From Azolla caroliniana (lineage: Eukaryota; Plantae; Polypodiophyta), in NCBI GenBank assembly GCA_043228905.1, contig JBHGNT010000016.1, positions 13,578,001 to 13,642,000 on the forward strand: 64,000 nucleotides of DNA, in the 5' to 3' direction. The translations under genes and the position numbers were made by a program. Positions within the stretch are counted from its first letter, which is position 1, and the number at the start of each line of letters is the position of its first letter. This document shows, in pieces, positions 37,106 through 48,764 of the stretch. The notes under the pieces are model-generated. The model was not told the origin of the DNA, made no database searches, and saw only the letters and a program-made list of their open reading frames with translations.

Positions 37106-38400
37106 TGTCGTGTGAATCTTCACACACTATGTAAAAAAATAATGAAATAATTATTATAGATTAGATTAGTAGCTTACTATAGAAAGATGGATATACTCAA
37201 GACCTTCAAAATGTATTTTACTATATACAAAATGGAGAAATACATATTAAGTTATGAGAAAATAAAGTTTGATTAGATAGGGAAATTAGAACTATCCCAC
37301 ATAGATAGGAAAGTTAAGGCCTTGGCTATATAAACACCTTGAGCTCCCTCATTTTTCATTTGTGCTAAGAGCACTTTGGCCACTTTGTCTTGATGGATGA
37401 TGGTGGCCAAATTCCCGAAAACCGGAAATCGGCCGGTAAGCAAATCCGGAAAACGGGTCCGGTAAGCAAATCCGGAAACCGGCCGGTATGCAATCCGGAA
37501 ACCGGTCGGTATGCAAAACCGGAACCGGCCGGCAAGCAAACCGGAATTGGAACGAGTATGCAAACCGGAAACCGGTTGGTAAGCAAAACCGGAAACCGGC
37601 CGGCAAGCAAAACCGGAAATCGGCCGGTAAGCAAAACCGGAACCGGAACCGGCAAGCAAACCGGAACCAGCCGGCAAGCAAAATCGGAACCGGAACCGAC
37701 CGGCAAGCAAAATGGAACCGGCTACCGGACGAGGTTGGACGTCGCTGGACGAAAGATTGGATCATGCAACAAACTAAAGTAAAGTGAAGAGAACTAAAGT
37801 AAAGGCCATGTGGATGCAAGCAACTAAAGAAGGGAGTGCATGGAAAAAGTAAAGGTCATGTGGACAGTCACATGCAACCAAAAGAAAAAGCTAGGCAACT
37901 AAAAGTAGAGGCCATGCAACAAAAAGTGGAAAGGCTATGATCAAGGGAGAACTCCATATTTATTCCATTTTTTTTCCTACACTAGGGGGCACTCTCCATA
38001 TTATCTAAATTTTTTTTCTTTTGTTGGGGAGTTCTCTTATCTTATCGAAGCCAAGAACCCTAATCTTCCCTACGGAAGCTATCTCTCAAGTAAACCATAA
38101 TTTCCATACGGAAGCAATCTCTCAAAATCCAAAATTCCTCGTCAAAGCCATATCACTCAAGAATCATAATCTCTTATTTCCTCTAATCTATTATTCTAAT
38201 CATCTCCATAAGATAAAACTTTTGTAATCCGAATCTTGGGATTGATTGTAATCTTTCTTTCCCTTTTATTAATGAAATTTGTTAATCTTTCTCATTTCGG
38301 TTAATTCTTAGTACATAAATACACGAATTTGATATCCTCTAGACAAAGGCCCCGGGGTCTTGCCTCAATGTTCACGTATTCTCGTTGTATTTTCGCGACA
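37106..38400 (+). mobile_element. Lone LTR of the tRNA-Trp gypsy family, no TSD, with CCGG-rich tandem array (~37410-37730)
   Basis: TGTCGTGTG...TTCGCGACA; reverse-complement similarity to 60643-61828 at both ends. Interrupts G at QT|VTTRSK. Confidence 0.88.
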
Positions 38401-41400
38401 TCTTCACTACCCGGAGTAAAGCGCAGACTACTTAGTGGCAAATCCAGGATAAAGTACGCCAAGCAGCAAAAGAATGGATCGACACGGCCAATAAAAATAA
38501 TGTTGTACGCATGCAAACTGACATGAGGGACAGGCCCAGTGAAGTACCACAAACCTCGGCACCATCCACGTTGTCAGAGGACGACCAACTATGGGATGTT
38601 CTTACCAATTCCCGCATCTCGCTGCCTACATAAACTACTACCACTCATGCCGAGATTTCGGGACACCCTGGCGGCACTCCAAGCCAATACTAAGCCCGTA
38701 ACGCCACCGGTACACCTCATCGAAGCAGGAACCGGTCCACCACTCATGGATTCTCAGAACCCAGTCGTGCGAATCATCATTAAGGGACAAGACCTGCACG
38801 GATGCATCATCGACGGCGGATTCGGCGTAAACGTTATTAGCAAGTCAACGTGTCTCAACCTCGGCCTGAATCAATGGGAACCATGCCCCTTTTGGCTTCG
38901 GATGGCCGACACCCGCCCGTTCGCCCCATTGGTTTAATCCGCCATCTTGACTTCACACTCGGAGGCCACATGTTCACGATCTCGGCCGTCGTGCTAAGAC
39001 GGGAGACACAAGGCGCCTACCCAATGTTACTAGGTCGACCATGGTTGCGTACAACGAATATCAAGCAACATTGGCAAGGCAACATGATCTCATTCCGAAG
39101 AGGAAAGAATAAAGTCCAAATCATCACTGAAGAACGAGTCCCCGTCGCCCTCAACACTTCGCCGTTATACGCGGAAGGGGTCCATATGCTCGACGGGTTG
39201 GCCGATGAGGAGGTCGATGACTTCCTAGATGATCATCCCACGATCATCCCTCTCTTCGAAATCAATGCCTTACCAACCATCGAGCCATCTAAAGAAGAGG
39301 AATTCACGGAGGAGTCACCACCCCAGGAGGAACCAGATGCAACCACAGTTGCCGAGCTACGTCATGCTTGGGAGGCTTTCGAACGCGAACTCGCCATTTC
39401 ACAACGAGTAAAAGCATCAACCCTGGAAACAATAAACCTCGGTTCGGACGAGAATCCCCATACGGTACAAATTGCCAATAATCTACCAACCGGCGAACGG
39501 GCATGCCTCGTAAAATTACTCACCGACTACCAGGATGTTTTCGCTTGGTCTTACACCAATATGAAGGGGCTGTATCCTCAATACTACCAACATCAAATTC
39601 ACATCTTACCCGACACTCGGCCGGTTCAGCAGAGGCGCTACAGGATGAACCCCAACTATGTCGCTAAAGTCAAAGAGGAAATTGACAAACTACTCCAAGT
39701 GGGCTTCATTCGCCCTGTTAAACGGGCTACATGGTTGAGCCCGATCGTAGTGGTCCCAAAGAAGAACGGAAAAATCCGTGTCTGCGTCGACTATCGGAAG
39801 CTTAACGCGGCAACAGTCACCGACGGTTTCCCTCTCCCATTCACGGATAGTGTCCTCGACACGGTAGCCAGCCACGAATGCTACAATGTCCTCGACGGGT
39901 TCAGCGGCTATAACTAAGAATGCACCCGGAGGATCAGGAGAAAACCGCTTTCGTCACGGAATGGGGTGTTTTTGTAGCAGAAGTTATGATATTCGGTCTA
40001 AAAACGGCGCCGGCTACGTTCCAGCGCATCATAACCGAAATCTTTCATGACTACATCCTGGCGTTCATGCAAGTCTTTCTCGATGATTTCGCCGTGTATG
40101 GCCATCGACGGGAACACATGACCCAGTTACGACTCTACCTGGACTGATGTCGCCAAGCTCGATTGAGTTTAAACCCGGCGAAATGCGCGTTCTTAGTCAG
40201 CAGTGGCAACCTTCTCGGCCACATTGTCAGTCAAGAAGGCATCGCTATGGACCCAGATAAAGTAAAGGCAATCCTGAATGCCACCGCACCCTCGAACGCT
40301 AAGGCATTAAGCCGTTTTTTGGGACAGATCCGGTGGCAAAGCCGAATGATACGACACCTGGCCGATTTCGCGACACCCTTACATGCGGCAGTCCATCGCC
40401 TTCGTTTCCAATGGACGTCAATCGAGGACACAGCCTATCAAACCCTGAAACGAATGTTGTCACATGCCCCGGTGGTCCAGTCTCCGGTTTGGTCCGAACC
40501 ATTTCATGTCTTCGTAGATGCTTCGGACATCGCCATCGGAAGTGCCCTGATGCAATGCACACCCCCGAATTGGTATAGGCCCGTTGTCGTGCCTTTCGGC
40601 TCCGGATCGTTTGCATGAGTCGGGTGGGAACCACTGGGGTTTTGGACTAGGAGAAAGAAAAATACAAATAAGGCTAGTAAAGAATAGGTATAAAGAGTTA
40701 TAAGATAAGAATCTCGTGAATCCCACGAGTTTAGTATATTTAGTCAATATTTAGGTAGTAAGAGAGAATTATTTTAGCAAATTCGTGAATCCCACGAATA
40801 TTTTTGATTGATTGATCATTATAGAAAAATAATCAACAAAAACTACAATGTGCTCCCCATCCTTATATAGTGATAGGAGAGACTAAGCATAGCTACATGC
40901 TTTTTTCTAATATGTTCATGCACACTAAATGTGCATGTGATGCTTTTCTAATCCTTGCTTTTATTTGCTAAATATAGTGCTCAGGCACGCTAGATGTGCA
41001 TGAGTCACTTTTTAGTTGCTTGCGTTTTTCTATAAAATATTCACGCACTCTAAAAATGCATGATTTACCTTTTAATAAAGGTAGGTGCAAATAAAGCACT
41101 TATAGTTATTAAATCTATTTGTAGAACACTAAAGATAAGGTAGCATAATGGTAAAGTTGAGGTTTGGCTACGTGGAGGTACAGGGTTTGAATCCTGCCTT
41201 ATGCACGTGATAAATATTTAGATATTCTTATTTTATTTATTTATATGTAATTAAATCGGTTATATTACTTTTACTTTTTCACGTAGTGTACAAAATACAC
41301 TACGACACTCGCCCCCTCCGAACCCGCACATCCTCCGGTATGTGCCGAAGTTGCCGATGCTCGTTGTCTCCCCTTCATCCTCTGTTTGTCCCGCTATGTC

Positions 41401-41869
41401 AACTTTGTCTCTCCATTTTGAGTAGACCCATTCTTTCCACCCGAACCATTGTCGCCATCCGATCCACCATATTCTTTGTTCTCTCTCGTCATATTCTTGG
41501 CCCTTGTCATTCGTGGTAGTGTCTTTTACTGGCCTCTTTCTTGTCTTCATCAACCTTGACTTTTTCCGGATCGCTCTCGTCCGATCAACTTTCGGTTTGA
41601 TCGGCTTCCGATCGGATTCGTATTCGGCCGAATCGGAATCGGTTGTTCGGTTTCGATTGAGTCGGTCTCCTTTTGGCCCGGTTTCGATCTATCTGTTTCG
41701 GTTTCGGTTGGCTTTCTTTTCCTCGTTTTCACCAACCTCGACCGGTCCAACCTCCGGTTGAGTCGGATTAGCTTCTTTCCGGATCGGTCTCGTCCGATCG
41801 GCTTTCGGCTAGGTCGGCTTCCATCCATATTCGCGTTCGGCCAAGTCAGACTCGGTCGATCGGTTTTGA

Positions 41870-42195
41870 CCGAGTCGACCCCTTTTCGGGTCGGCTTTCT
41901 TTCGGGTCGTCTTTCGGCCGAATCCTCATTCACCCGGTTCGGCTTTCGTTTGTGTCGTCTTTCGGCCGAATTCTCTTCCTTTCGGTTTGGCTTTCTTTCG
42001 GGTCGACTTTCGGTCGAATCCTCATTCGCCCGGTTCGGCTTTCTTTCGGGTCGTCTTTCAGTCGAATCCTCTTTCACCCGGTTTGGCTTTCTTTCGGGTC
42101 GTCTTTCGGCCAAATCCCCTTTCACCCGGTTCGGCTTTCTTTCGGTTCGTCTTTCGGCCGAATCCTCTTTTACCCAGTTCGGCTTTCTTTCGGAT
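41870..42195 (-). repeat. 48-bp tandem repeats (RKPNRVxEDSAERRPE) in element I
   Basis: About 6-7 copies, seen in ORF 41550-42608. Confidence 0.85.
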
Positions 42196-42725
42196 CGGAA
42201 TCCCGTCCGGATCACCTTCCATCCGAACCGGCTTCCGACTTTACCTTTCTTGCCGCCACCTCCTGTCTCTCCGGTCTCACGTTGGTTCTCGAATACAACC
42301 GCCGAAGTCTCTAGAATTAGTGGACAGGAATCCACGGTATTATCGTCCTCCGTTGTTTCACCCATAGCCACCTCCTTGGCTATCTCTCCTTCGTATGCAT
42401 CGGCTTCGACCTTCGTGTCGTTGCCGTCACTTTCCTTATCTTCGGTGTTATGTCGACACACGGGCTCGACTACCGAAGTATTCGAAACAATTGTGAAGGA
42501 ATCCCTTCGTTCGTGCTCATTTACTTTGTCTTCCTCGTCGCCCTTCCGGTCCTCCACTTTTCCACCGACACATTCCGTCTCTCCGGTCTCACGTTGGTGC
42601 ACGGGCACAACCGCCGGAGTCTCTGGAACCGGTGTGGGGATACCCTTTCGTCCTCGATCTTCCTCCTCCTCGTCCTTTGTTGGCCTCGACTTTGGTTCGG
42701 TTTTAAGCTCCCCTTTAATGTCGAC

Positions 42726-43190
42726 TTACGACTTTTCATGCATCTCCGAACCCTTCCGCATCAAGCTCTCCTTCGGTGGTAGTCGGTGGCCGCTTTTCAC
42801 CCACTGTTGACCGCCGTTCGTGGACCATGTCCTTGTTCGCTTCGGTCTTAGATAGTCATATGCGTCTCGTATAGCTTCTTCAAAGGACTCCCACGTCGGG
42901 CTTTGTTGCCGTATCTCGTGGATTCTCTCTTGAAGCTCATCCATAGCCACCCGATTGAAAGATAACACTTGCAATCTTTCTGAGATACCATATCGCAACA
43001 TCGCCGTTTTGTAGTCACGTAGATAGCGTGACACATCCTTTCCATCGAATTGCTCGTTCTGTTGCACGAGCCGTTGTACTACTGTCGTGATCTCCGACAT
43101 CTCGCGTTGTTCTTGTAGCATTCTCTCGAACATCAGCATCATCATGTTGGCCTTTTGTTGATTCTCCATCTCCTTGCTACCCGTCTTCAC
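42726..43190 (-). CDS. N-terminal gag fragment of element I
   Basis: FDGKDVSRYLRDY...SFNRVA...ERIHEI...TWESFEEA, homologous to the gag starts of A and F. Confidence 0.7.
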   Translation of the reverse strand: MKTGSKEMENQQKANMMMLMFERMLQEQREMSEITTVVQRLVQQNEQFDGKDVSRYLRDYKTAMLRYGISERLQVLSFNRVAMDELQERIHEIRQQSPTWESFEEAIRDAYDYLRPKRTRTWSTNGGQQWVKSGHRLPPKESLMRKGSEMHEKS

Positions 43191-44029
43191 GTCGGGTTCA
43201 CCAACTGTGTCGTGCCTTTCAGCTCCGGATCCTGCCCTAAAGATAAGGTAGCATAATGGTAAAGTTAAGGTTTGGCTACGTGGAGGTACAAGGTTTGAAT
43301 CCTGCCCTATGCACGTGATAAATATTTTGATATTCTTATTTTATTTATTTATATGTAATTAAATCGGTTATATTATTTTTACTTTTTCACGTAGTGTACA
43401 AAATACACTACGACACCGTGTACTACGCCAGCTGACGGCTCTCGACCGGGGAAAAGAATTTCTCCACCACCGAGCGGGAGGCCCTCGGTATGATTTATAG
43501 CATCAATAAATTTCGGCATTACCTCTTGGGCCGAAAATTTACCTTTCACGTGGATCACTTGGCCCTTCTTTATTTGGTCAATAAGCAAGCCCTTACCGGA
43601 CGGTTGGCTCGGTGGATGCTCCTACTACAAGAGTTTGAGTTCCAGATTCAGCATCGACCCGGGGTACAACATGCCGTCGCCGACTACTTGAGCCGTCTTG
43701 AGTCAGGAGAACCGACGAAAACAATGTACGACGAGCTACCGGACGCCAACCTATTTAACCTGACGACGATACCAGACGATAACGGAGATGAATGGATCAC
43801 GGAGATGACCCATTTTCTCACTACCGGTGTACCTCCCGAGCACATGACTCTTGACACGAGAAAACGCCTAGCAGTGCGTAGCCAGAATGTTTGCCTCGTC
43901 TCGGACAGTCTCTACCACAAAGGCACGGACGGCATATGGCGCCGAGCGATTCGGCAATTCGAGAAGAACGTGTTGGGATTTTCGGTCCCTCCGTATGGGA
44001 TGTCCGGAGATGAATGACGGCAGGCCTGG

Positions 44030-44225
44030 TTGCGGTTACGGAGCCGGATGATGAAGACCCCGGCTACGGAGCCGGATGACGAAGACCCGGCTACGGAGCT
44101 GGATGACGAAGACCCGGTTACGGAGCCGGATGATGAAGACCCCGGCTACGGAGCCGGATGACGAAGACCCGGCTACGGAGCCGGATGATGAAGACCCCGG
44201 TTACGGAGCCGAATGACGAAGTACC
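44030..44225 (+). repeat. 27/28-bp tandem repeats in U3 of the J LTR (copy at 48834-49029)
   Basis: About 7 copies of GGAGCCGGATGAYGAAGACCC(C)GGYTAC. Confidence 0.9.
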
Positions 44226-44690
44226 CGGAGAGAGAGATCCGGATGCGGAGACTACATTTGTAAATAGCCCGAAAGTCGTATGTGTATAAATATGACTTAG
44301 GGCAAACAGTTTTAAGTTGTTGTTGCTCATTTTCTGTTTTCCACTGAGAGGAAGCGAAGTGAGAGCAGCCGAGAAAGAGAGTGAGAGAGAAAGAGGAAGG
44401 AAGAGGTCGACGCCTCTGTGTAATACCGCCGCCTGTGGCGAGGACAGCGAGCTCAAGGTCGTCGCCTTGTAGCTCGCCATTGTACATTCCCCGCGTATAG
44501 TGATAGTTGGAGTCTTGCACTCCCGTGGTTTTTCCCATTTAGGGTTTTCCACGTAAAACATCCAGTGTACCCTTCTCTCTATTGTTTTCGTGCATTTTGT
44601 ATTTCCTATTTTCTGTGAGTTGATCCTATTCCTCGGTTGTGGCCGAGCACTGTGACCAACAAGTGGTATCAGAGCAGGTTAACACAGAAA

Positions 44691-47600
44691 ATGGAAGGCG
44701 GCGGTAGTGGGCCTCCGGGCATGATGGTGTTGAACTCACAGAACTACGCCGACTGGAAGATAAAGATGGAAGACCTTCTCATTGTTCGGGACCTGTATGA
44801 ACCGATCGACAGGTCGGAAATACCCAAGGGGGTACTTGAGACGGAATGAAGGCTTCTGAACCGGAAAGCTGTTGCAACCATTCGGCAATACGTCGACGTG
44901 AGCGTTCTACAACATGTGGCGAACGACACCAACGCACATGAGATGTGGCGGAAGCTGTCGGGCCTCTACGAGAGGAAGAATGCGTTGAACCGGACCTCCC
45001 TGATGAGGAAGATAGTGAACCTCAAGTACCGGGACGGCGAGAGTATGGTGGAACACGTAAGCACGTTCATGGGATTCGTGAACCAGCTTGCGGCGATCAA
45101 GTTCCCGTTGGAGGATGCAATGCAAGCCATCATCCTGATGTGTACATTGCCGGAAAGCTGGGAGAACTTGGTGGTGACTCTCAGCACCTCCTGCACCGAA
45201 GATAACTTGTCCCTACAAACGGTAAAGACAAGTATTTTGAACGAAGAAGCGCGTCGGAGAGATAAAGAACCGGCCTCCGACTCGAAGGCGCTGCTTACCG
45301 AATCGGATCGGGGAAGACAATGGAACCGGAGTCCGCAAAGACGGGAGAAGTCGGGGACCCGGTCGCAGTCAAGAGGAAGGCCCACATGCTTCCACTGTGG
45401 GAAGCCGGGGCACTTCCGGAAGAATTGTTGGCATTACCGAAAGGACAACGGAGCCGACGACACCGATTCGAAGAAGTCACCGGAGAGAAACGGTGCATAC
45501 CGGGGAGCCACGGACCGGAGAGGTCCGGATCGGCGAGGGCAGGACCGGAAAGGAACGACGGCACTCGCGGCAAGTGAAGAAGAGATAATGCTGATTACCG
45601 AAGAGAGGGAGCTGAACCTTGCCGGTGTAGAGATGACCTGGGTGGTCGATTCCGGAGCGTCGTTCCACCTGACCCCGGAGAAGAAATACTTCTCATCCTA
45701 CACAGCCGGTGAGCACGGCTGTGTCCGGATGGGAAATGAAGGAACATGCCGGATTGCAGGCATAGGAGACGTGTGGCTGATGACATCAACCGGATGCAAG
45801 ATGCTGCTGAAGGATGTTCGACACGTTCCGGAGGTCCGATTGAACCTGATTTCGGCCGGGAGGCTAGACGATGAAGGCTACACGGGTAGCATCCGGAACG
45901 GTGTCATGAAGTTCAGCAAAGGGAGCCTGATAGTGGCTCGGGCCCGGAAGGTCAACACACTGTACCTGATGAATTCCCGGCTATGTCCGGAGGAGCTGAA
46001 CGTGGCAGCCGACACTGCCGGTGAGCTGTGGCACAAGAGACTGTGCCACATGAGTGAGAAGGGGATGAAGAGGCTTGCAGAAGACAACCTTATTCCAGTG
46101 AAGCATGTGCACCTGGAGAAGTGCACCGACTGCCTGGCCGGTAAGCAAAACCGGACCTCCTTCCACTCAAGGCCACCGACGAGACGTAGCGCACCATTGG
46201 AGCTGGTGCACACTGACGTGTGTCAAGTAGAAACGAAGTCACATGGCGGAGCCCAGTACTTCGTGACATTCATTGATGACCACAGCCGGAAGCTGTGGAC
46301 GGCACCGTTGAAGACAAAGGACCAAGTATTGTCCGTCTTCAAAGAACTCCACGCGAGAGTGGAAAGGGAATCCGGTAAGGAGCTGAAAGCGATACGAGCG
46401 GATAACGGAGGAGAATACCGGGGGCAGTTCGCGGAGTACTGTCGCTCGAAGGGAATCCGGCTCGAGTTTACTGTGCCGAAGACGCCGGAACTGAACGGGC
46501 TGGCCGAGAGGATGAACCGGACCATAATGGAGAGGGTCCGGAGTATGCTGGCGCATGCGAAATTACCCAAGGGGTTTTGGGCTGAGGCAATGTCGACGGC
46601 GACATACGTGATAAACAGATCACCCTCAGTACCTTTGGACGGAGACACGCCGCAGAGAGTGTGGACCGGTAGGGAAGTATCCTACCGGCATCTGAAGGTG
46701 TTCGGGTGTCTCGCATACGTGCATGTGGCAAAGGACCGGAGAGGAAAGTTAGATCCAAAGACCCGACCATGCATATTCCTCGGTTACGGCGACGACAAGT
46801 TCGGCTACCAAGTATGGGACCCGGTCGACAAGAAGATATTCAGGAGTCGAGATATCATCTTCATGGAGGACAAGACACTCGCCGACTGGGAGTCGGAGAA
46901 GAAGATGAAGAGCTCCAAGTCGACCGGTGAGAATCAACTCTACGAGGAGCAGTCCCGACCGGCAAGGGACCGGTTAGCACTCGAGGATCCGGCCGAAGAC
47001 GGTGAAGAAACAGAACCGGCCGAGGAAGATGAAACTGATACCGGAACCGGCCCCGATCCCGAAATGGATTCGGATGAAGAGGAAATGGAGGAGCCGGTTA
47101 CCGAAGCTCTGGAACGGAGATATCCTCTAAGAGAGAGAAGGGCCCCCCGGAGATTTCCGGAACCAGAGCACGTGCTACTAACCGACGAAGGGGAGCCGGA
47201 GAGTTTTGAAGAAGCAAAGCTTGACACTCATAACCACAGGTGGTTAAGTGCCATGCAGGAGGAGATGGATTCCCTGCATGAGAACCACACATATGAACTT
47301 GAGGAGTTGCCGAAAGGAAAGCGGGCACTTCGAAACAAGTGGGTGTTCAAGCTGAAACCGGGAGATGCCGGAAACCCCCCGAGATACAAAGCCAGGATCG
47401 TGGTGAAGGGGTTCCAGCAGAAGAAGGGCGTCGACTTCGACGAGATATTTGCCCCGGTAGTGAAGATGACCTCCATCCGGACGGTGCTGAGCATAGCGGC
47501 AAGCATGGACCTCGAGGTAGAACAGATGGACGTGAAGACGGCATTCCTTCACGGTGACCTCGAAGAAGAGATCTACATGCAGCAACCGGAAGGATTCGAG

Positions 47601-48764
47601 AAGAAAGGGAAGGAGCACCTGGTATGCCGGTTGAAGAAGAGCCTTTACGGACTGAAGCAGGCTCCCCGGCAGTGGTACCGGAAGTTCGACTCCTTCATGA
47701 CTGACGAAGGGTACCACAAAACACAGTCCGATCACTGCGTGTTTGTGAAGAAGTTCGAAGGAGGAGACTCTCTAATACTCCTCCTTTACGTGGACGACAT
47801 GTTGATCGTCGGACGGGACCAGGTCAAGATACGGATGCTGAAGAAGGCTCTTCACCGAACCTTCTCAATGAAGGACTTGGGTCCGGCGAGACAAATACTA
47901 GGGATGCACATCATCCGGGACCGGAGCAAGAAGCAGTTGTGGCTGTCACAGGAGAAGTACGTGACAAAGGTGCTTAAACGGTTCAACATGTCGGAAGCAA
48001 GGCCGGTCGGATCGACTCTCCCGGCAAACTGCAAGCTGTCCAACAAGCAAAGTCCCAAGACAAAGGCTGAAAAGGAGGATATGATGAAAGTGCCGTATGC
48101 CTCAGCCGTCGGAAGCTTGATGTACGCAATGGTGTGTACAAGACCGGACATAGGATATGCAGTCGGAGTGGTGAGCCGTTACATGAGCAATCCAGGCAAA
48201 GAGCATTGGAACGCGGTCAAATGGATACTCCGATACCTGAACGGCACGGCAAACGTGTGCCTCCGATTCGGCTCCGGTAAGCCCGAACTCGACGGTTTCA
48301 CCGATTCGGATATGTCGGCTGATGCAGATACCAGCCGGTCCACATCAGGGTATGTGATGACGTATGCAGGGGGAGCTGTTTCATGGCAGTCGAGGCTGCA
48401 GAAGACGGTTGCATTGTCAACCACGGAGGCGGAGTACATGGCGGCTGTTGAAGCCGGCAAGGAAATAATATGGATGAAGGACTTCATTAGAGAGCTCGGT
48501 ATCCGACAGGAGGAGTACCGACTCTACTGCGACAGTCAGAGTGCCATCCACCTTGCGAAGAATGCGGCCTATCACTCCCGGACGAAGCACATCCAGCGTA
48601 GATACCACTGGATCCGGGAAAGGATAGAAGACAAGGAGTTCGTGCTGACGAAGATCCACACGGACGAGAACGGGTCGGATATGCTGACCAAGGTACTTAC
48701 ACCCGACAAGCTGGAAGCATGCCGGAAGAGGATCGGATTGGAGAGACATCCCATGCCGAAGTGA
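44691..48764 (+). CDS. copia gag-pol polyprotein with a single premature stop (TGA 44847-44849)
   Basis: ATG 44691 is in frame with the 1288-aa ORF. CFHCGKPGHFRKNC, WVVDSGAS, WHKRLCH, VHTDV/RADNGGEY/NGLAERMNRT, LYVDD, TKHIQRRYHWIRE. Confidence 0.95.

Larger units (their letters stand above)
40585..43415 (-). mobile_element. Element I: non-autonomous tRNA-Trp-primed LTR element (truncated gag + repetitive ORF, no pol)
   Basis: LTRs 40585-41307 and 43208-43415 (the latter internally deleted). Perfect Trp PBS 43186-43203; PPT 41308-41318; 4-bp TSD CCGT. Removing it restores host YRPVYYAS. Confidence 0.92.

Noticed and set aside
37273-37819. Multiple overlapping ORFs of 99-156 aa
   Set aside because: Products of the CCGG-rich LTR tandem array.
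44900-48760. Antisense and alternate-frame ORFs within copia J
   Set aside because: Shadow ORFs of a GC-rich polyprotein frame with no recognisable motifs.
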